In this document: positions 59,893 through 64,000 of the stretch, in pieces
Position numbering within the stretch: position 1 is the first letter of the stretch
How the letters are laid out: every line of letters starts with the position of its first letter
Assembly (NCBI RefSeq): GCF_024223415.1
Contig: NZ_CP100500.1
From: Escherichia coli
GTDB lineage: Bacteria; Pseudomonadota; Gammaproteobacteria; Enterobacterales; Enterobacteriaceae
Length of the DNA: 64,000 nucleotides
Strand: one strand, 5' to 3'
The notes under the pieces: generated by a model
Told to the model about the DNA's origin: nothing
What the model saw: the letters and a program-made list of their open reading frames with translations, nothing else
Databases searched by the model: none
Translations under genes and position numbers: made by a program

Positions 59893-60879
59893 TTACGCGG
59901 TAGTCGCTAAACGAAGCTTCAACAGCGCGCTCTGCAAGGCATTCCAGTCAGCTTCGCTGCTGGAAATCAGCTCAATACGGCTGTCCGGTGGCGCAACGTT
60001 TTGCGTTTCAATGTGCAGGTCATCGCCCTGACGGTTGATTCGCACCAGCCCTTCGGGAATACGCAGCACGCCTTTGACGCGTTCCACCGGTGCAAGTCGC
60101 GCCCATTCCAGAATGCCAATGGTGTCGAATACCGTATCAGCGTCGAATATCCAGCCGCAGGCCTGATGTCCTTGTCCACTGTTCAGACTGCGACGCCAGC
60201 GTTGATGCTCTGGCAGGCTTAACGCTGCTAACCCTTTTTTCACGACATGCTGATGAGAATGCGCGGCGCTGGCGGGCAACTCGGCTAAATTGCGACGCGG
60301 CAAATCCAGAAGATGACCGTCAACTTTCCCATGCTCACTGTGAATTAATTGCCGATCGCCACCATTTTGCTGCCACCAGCGCTGTAGCGCTTGCTCGCTT
60401 TCAGGTGTCGCACGGTCGGATTTATTGGCGACAATGATGTCTGCGGCAGCCAGCTGGTCACGGAAGTTTTCATTGCTGGCGCTTTTTTCGGCCAGCAGCA
60501 GGCGTGGATCGAGAATGCACAACGTGGCGCGTAGATCTATCCACGGTTCATAGACTGGTGCGGTTAACAGATCGAGGATCTGTTTCGGATGGCCCAGCCC
60601 AGTCGGCTCTATCAACAAGCGGTCTGGTTTTCCCTGACGCAGTAAGGTATTCAACCCTACCTGCATGGGTAAACCATTAACGCAGCACATGCAGCCGCCG
60701 GGGATCTCTTTCAGCAATGCGCCGCTATCGGCGAGCAAAGCACCATCAATTCCGACTTCCCCAAATTCATTAACCAGTACCGCCCATTTTTCGTTGGGAT
60801 CTTTATGGGCTAACAGATGAAGAATCGACGTGGTTTTCCCGCTGCCGAGAAAACCGGTGATGAGGTTGGTCCTGGTCAC
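59893..60879 (-). CDS. yeiR: COG0523 zinc-associated GTPase YeiR
   Basis: This is a 328-aa ORF with the P-loop GFLGSGKTT and the CxCC motif GCMCC. Confidence 0.92.
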   Translation of the reverse strand: MTRTNLITGFLGSGKTTSILHLLAHKDPNEKWAVLVNEFGEVGIDGALLADSGALLKEIPGGCMCCVNGLPMQVGLNTLLRQGKPDRLLIEPTGLGHPKQILDLLTAPVYEPWIDLRATLCILDPRLLLAEKSASNENFRDQLAAADIIVANKSDRATPESEQALQRWWQQNGGDRQLIHSEHGKVDGHLLDLPRRNLAELPASAAHSHQHVVKKGLAALSLPEHQRWRRSLNSGQGHQACGWIFDADTVFDTIGILEWARLAPVERVKGVLRIPEGLVRINRQGDDLHIETQNVAPPDSRIELISSSEADWNALQSALLKLRLATTA

Positions 60880-60996
60880 AACGGCTCCGCAATACTCTGG
60901 TAAGTTAACTGAGCGTTAATCCTGGCTAAAAACGGCAGAAAAGAGAAGGGGAGAGCGGACGAAGGCGAGTTTCATCCGCTTTAACCGCAGAAATCG

Positions 60997-62463
60997 TTAA
61001 ATTTTGAGGGTGTTTAATAGCGCCTGATGTGCGCCGAATTGTACGATTTGTTGCCAGGCTTGTTCGATGGCCTGCACAAAATGCGGGTTATCTGGCAGAT
61101 CATCACCGAAAACTTCACGCAGGGAAAGCAGGGCGGTGACGCGTTGTTCACTGCTGCTGCCCGCAACAAGTTCGCGAATTTTATCGCTAAGCGGATCGCG
61201 AACATCAATGGCATTTCCGGCATCATCAACGCCGCTGACGTAACGCATCCAGCCTGCAACGCCTAATGCCAGCAACGACCAGTCCGTTTCGCGCCCCAGA
61301 TGTATGCGAATACCTGCCAGCATGCGTTGCGGTAATTTCTGGCTGCCATCCATCGCGATTTGCCAGGTCTTATGTTTCAGCGCCGGATTAGCAAAACGTG
61401 CAATTAACTTATCCGAATATTGTGTTAAATCGACATCTTTAATCCGCAGTGTCGGCGCTTGCTCATCCAGCATTAATGTTCTGGCAGCATGGCGAAATGC
61501 GCGATCCTGCATGCAATCACTGATATGGGCGAATCCTGAGAGGTAACCCAGATAAGCGAGAAAAGAGTGGCTGCCATTAAGCATACGCAGTTTCATCTCT
61601 TCCCATGGCAGGACATCATTCACCATTTGTACACCTGCGACTTCCCAGGCAGGACGCCCAGCGACGAAGTTATCTTCCACCACCCACTGGATAAACGGTT
61701 CGCAGCTAATCGCGCAGGGATCATTTACCCCCAGATGCTGGCTGATTTCTGCCAGTGATTCGTCGGTTGCAGCCGGAACAATGCGGTCGACCATGGTTCC
61801 CGGAAAACTGACGTGTTCTTTTATCCACCCGGCGAGTTCTGGCGAACGTTTTTCTGCCATTCCCAGCACCGCGTTTTTCACCACATGGCCATTGTCGGGA
61901 ATATTGTCGCAGGAGAGCACGGTAAACGGTGTAAGGCCGCGCTCACGGCGGCGTTTCAGTGCTTCGACGAGAATACCCGGTGCGGAGTGAGGTTCTTCAG
62001 GGGTTTGTAGATCGTGAATAATCCGCGGATTGCTGGTGTCGAGTGCACCGGTGGCCGGGTCAATACAATAGCCTTTTTCGGTAATCGTCAGGGAAACAAT
62101 TGCCACCTGTGGCTCGCAAAATTTCTCAATAATTGCCGCTAAGGAATCCAGTTTTGCATTCAGGCATTCGTGAACGGCACCGACAATTATCGCCTGATTG
62201 CCGTCCGCCCCTTTCTCCAGCACGGTATATAAATGGTTCTGTGCGCGGAGCTGGCTCATCAGTTGATCACCGCTGAACAAGCTGATTTCACAGATCCCCC
62301 AGTCGCCGCCCTGGGCATTCAGCACACGATCGGTCAGTAACGCCTGATGTGCGCGGTGAAAGGCTCCAAAGCCAAAATGAACGATACGTGATTGCAACTG
62401 CTGGCGATCGTAGCGTGGAGCGTGTACATGATGCGGGAGCGTAACGGAGGCGATTGTATTCAT
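60997..62463 (-). CDS. yeiQ: Mannitol-dehydrogenase-family oxidoreductase YeiQ
   Basis: The ORF extends to 62472. The likely start is MNTIASVTLPHH at 62463. It has a Rossmann N-terminus (VHFGFGAFHRAH). Confidence 0.9.
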   Translation of the reverse strand: MNTIASVTLPHHVHAPRYDRQQLQSRIVHFGFGAFHRAHQALLTDRVLNAQGGDWGICEISLFSGDQLMSQLRAQNHLYTVLEKGADGNQAIIVGAVHECLNAKLDSLAAIIEKFCEPQVAIVSLTITEKGYCIDPATGALDTSNPRIIHDLQTPEEPHSAPGILVEALKRRRERGLTPFTVLSCDNIPDNGHVVKNAVLGMAEKRSPELAGWIKEHVSFPGTMVDRIVPAATDESLAEISQHLGVNDPCAISCEPFIQWVVEDNFVAGRPAWEVAGVQMVNDVLPWEEMKLRMLNGSHSFLAYLGYLSGFAHISDCMQDRAFRHAARTLMLDEQAPTLRIKDVDLTQYSDKLIARFANPALKHKTWQIAMDGSQKLPQRMLAGIRIHLGRETDWSLLALGVAGWMRYVSGVDDAGNAIDVRDPLSDKIRELVAGSSSEQRVTALLSLREVFGDDLPDNPHFVQAIEQAWQQIVQFGAHQALLNTLKI

Positions 62464-62638
62464 AGGAGTCACGTCTTAGTAACGATTAATTAACAATGAC
62501 AGTGTAAAGTTATATGACAGCAATTGAAATTGGTCTGGATTGTTAATGCGATGAAGTGTGAGGGCGATCAATCAACGAGTGAAAATTGAGGGCGTAAGGT
62601 GTTCAGGAAGCGCAAAATAGAAGATTGGTATAATAAAT

Positions 62639-62666
62639 TAAAAAAGGGACAGCCTGAGCTATCCCT
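62639..62666 (-). terminator. Terminator of yeiP
   Basis: The minus strand reads AAGGGATAGC-tcag-GCTGTCCCTT followed by TTTTTT. Confidence 0.7.
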
Positions 62667-62685
62667 TTTCTGCATGCGGCTGAAG

Positions 62686-63258
62686 TTAGTCAGCACGCCC
62701 CATATAACGGCGTTCTTCGATATGGATACGAATTTTTTCGCCCGGGCTTAAATATTCTGGTACCTGAATCACCAGACCAGTGCTCAATGTCGCCGGTTTG
62801 TTACGGGCGCTTGCAGATGCCCCTTTGATGCCTGGTGCGGTTTCAACGATTTCCAGATCAACGGTCTGCGGCAGCTCAAGCGCCAGCAGTTGACCGTCCC
62901 AGGTCAGCACCTGCATGTCCGGCATGCCGCCCTCTGGCATAAACAGCAACTCTTCTTCAATCTGATCTTTGGTGAAGGTATACGGGGTATAGTCTTCTTT
63001 ATCCATAAAGACATATTCGTTGCCATCGACATAGGAGAAGTCAACGTAACGGCGGGTCAGCGTCACGGTGTCAACGATATCATCACCTTTGAAACGCTCT
63101 TCTACTTTCAGCCCGGTACGGACATCAGAAAAACGCATTTTGTACAGCGTAGCGGCACCGCGGGCAGTGGGCGACTGAATATCAATGTCCTTAACCAGCA
63201 GCAGTTTGCCGTTGTAATTCAGTACCATACCTTTTTTAATTTCGTTCGCTCTTGGCAT
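62686..63258 (-). CDS. yeiP: Elongation factor P-like protein YeiP
   Basis: The 190-aa protein starts at [20 protein letters not shown] (63258). The track ORF is N-terminally over-extended. Confidence 0.93.
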
Positions 63259-63412
63259 CGAAAAATTCCTGTAGTCGAAAATGTCAAAAATATCGCGACA
63301 AAGTACTCGCGACGGGCCTTTCGGGCAAGTGGTATTCGCACTTTTGCTGGTGCAAAAAAGGTGGTACTGTGCGCGCTCATCAATCCGGTGGTTAACCTTA
63401 AGAGAACAACGT

Positions 63413-63667
63413 ATGGAATGCCGTCCGGGTTGCGGGGCGTGTTGCACTGCCCCTTCAATTTCCAGCCCTATTCCCGGTATGCCTGATGGCAAGCCCGCCA
63501 ATACTCCCTGCATTCAGCTTGATGAACAGCAACGCTGTAAAATTTTCACCTCGCCACTGCGGCCGAAAGTCTGTGCAGGCTTACAAGCCAGCGCTGAAAT
63601 GTGCGGTAACTCGCGTCAGCAGGCAATGACCTGGCTTATCGATCTGGAAATGCTGACCGCGCCTTAA
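63413..63667 (+). CDS. yeiW: UPF0153 cysteine-cluster protein YeiW
   Basis: The 84-aa protein starts at [18 protein letters not shown] (63413). Confidence 0.85.
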
Positions 63668-64000
63668 ACATCTTTAATCCGCAGTAAGCAAAACAGAGTG
63701 GCGATAATCATCACCATCGCAAACCAGAACACAGCGTGATAATTCCAGATCTCGGCGACGATGCCCGCCACTGATCCTGCGATGATCCAGCCCACGCGCG
63801 ACGTGTTGGTATAGAGCGTGGTGGCTGAACCCGCTTGACCGGGCATCAGATCCTGAAAATAGAGCATCCCGATGCCGCCCAGAATGCCAATAAAAATAGC
63901 ATTTAGCAGCTGCAAGCCCAACAGAATGGCAGGTGAATGCGCCATCAGCATTCCTGCGTAAAAACAGACGCCACCCACGGCAGCAACGCGCATTAAGAAA
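63664..64000 (-). CDS. setB: Sugar efflux MFS transporter SetB, C-terminal part (gene continues beyond the window)
   Basis: The frame is open to the window edge and reads as hydrophobic MFS helices, ending ..LLRIKDV. Confidence 0.85.

Overview
The window is Escherichia coli chromosome, running from the rcsC 3' end to the setB 3' end. The gene order matches the K-12 rcsCBD-ompC-apbE-ada-alkB-yojI-mqo-eco-napFDAGHBC-ccmABCDEFGH-narP-yejO-proL-yejMLK-rplY-yejH-rsuA-bcr-yejGFEBA-rtn-mepS-lpxT-yeiRQP-yeiW-setB block, read in inverted orientation. Most of it is ordinary core genome. Two insertions interrupt it.

(1) A 1432-bp IS3-family element (IS1397-like) sits inside a tandem REP/BIME array between mqo and eco. 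It lies exactly in the loop of a palindromic unit and is flanked by a GTCA duplication.

(2) An ~11.2-kb integrative element (about 31184..42419) lies next to tRNA-Pro (proL). All of its clear genes are on the minus strand. They are a P4-type integrase, AlpA, an RHH protein, an Icd-like ORF, a RepA/DnaB-like helicase with an adjacent iteron origin, SSB, a PerC-like regulator, a ProQ/FinO-domain protein, and homologues of the lambda gpE major capsid and gpD decoration proteins. It has no terminase, portal, protease, tail or lysis genes, so it reads as a phage satellite (PICI-like).

The most striking feature is a pair of lambda-type cos sites (cosQ-cosN-cosB) arranged head-to-head at 31764..32359. 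Their cosQ/cosN parts are near-identical. Each is followed by a different triad of candidate terminase-binding repeats placed with lambda R3/R2 geometry. This suggests the element can be packaged by two terminase specificities.

All homology calls come from reading the translated ORFs and from remembered reference sequences. No database search was possible.
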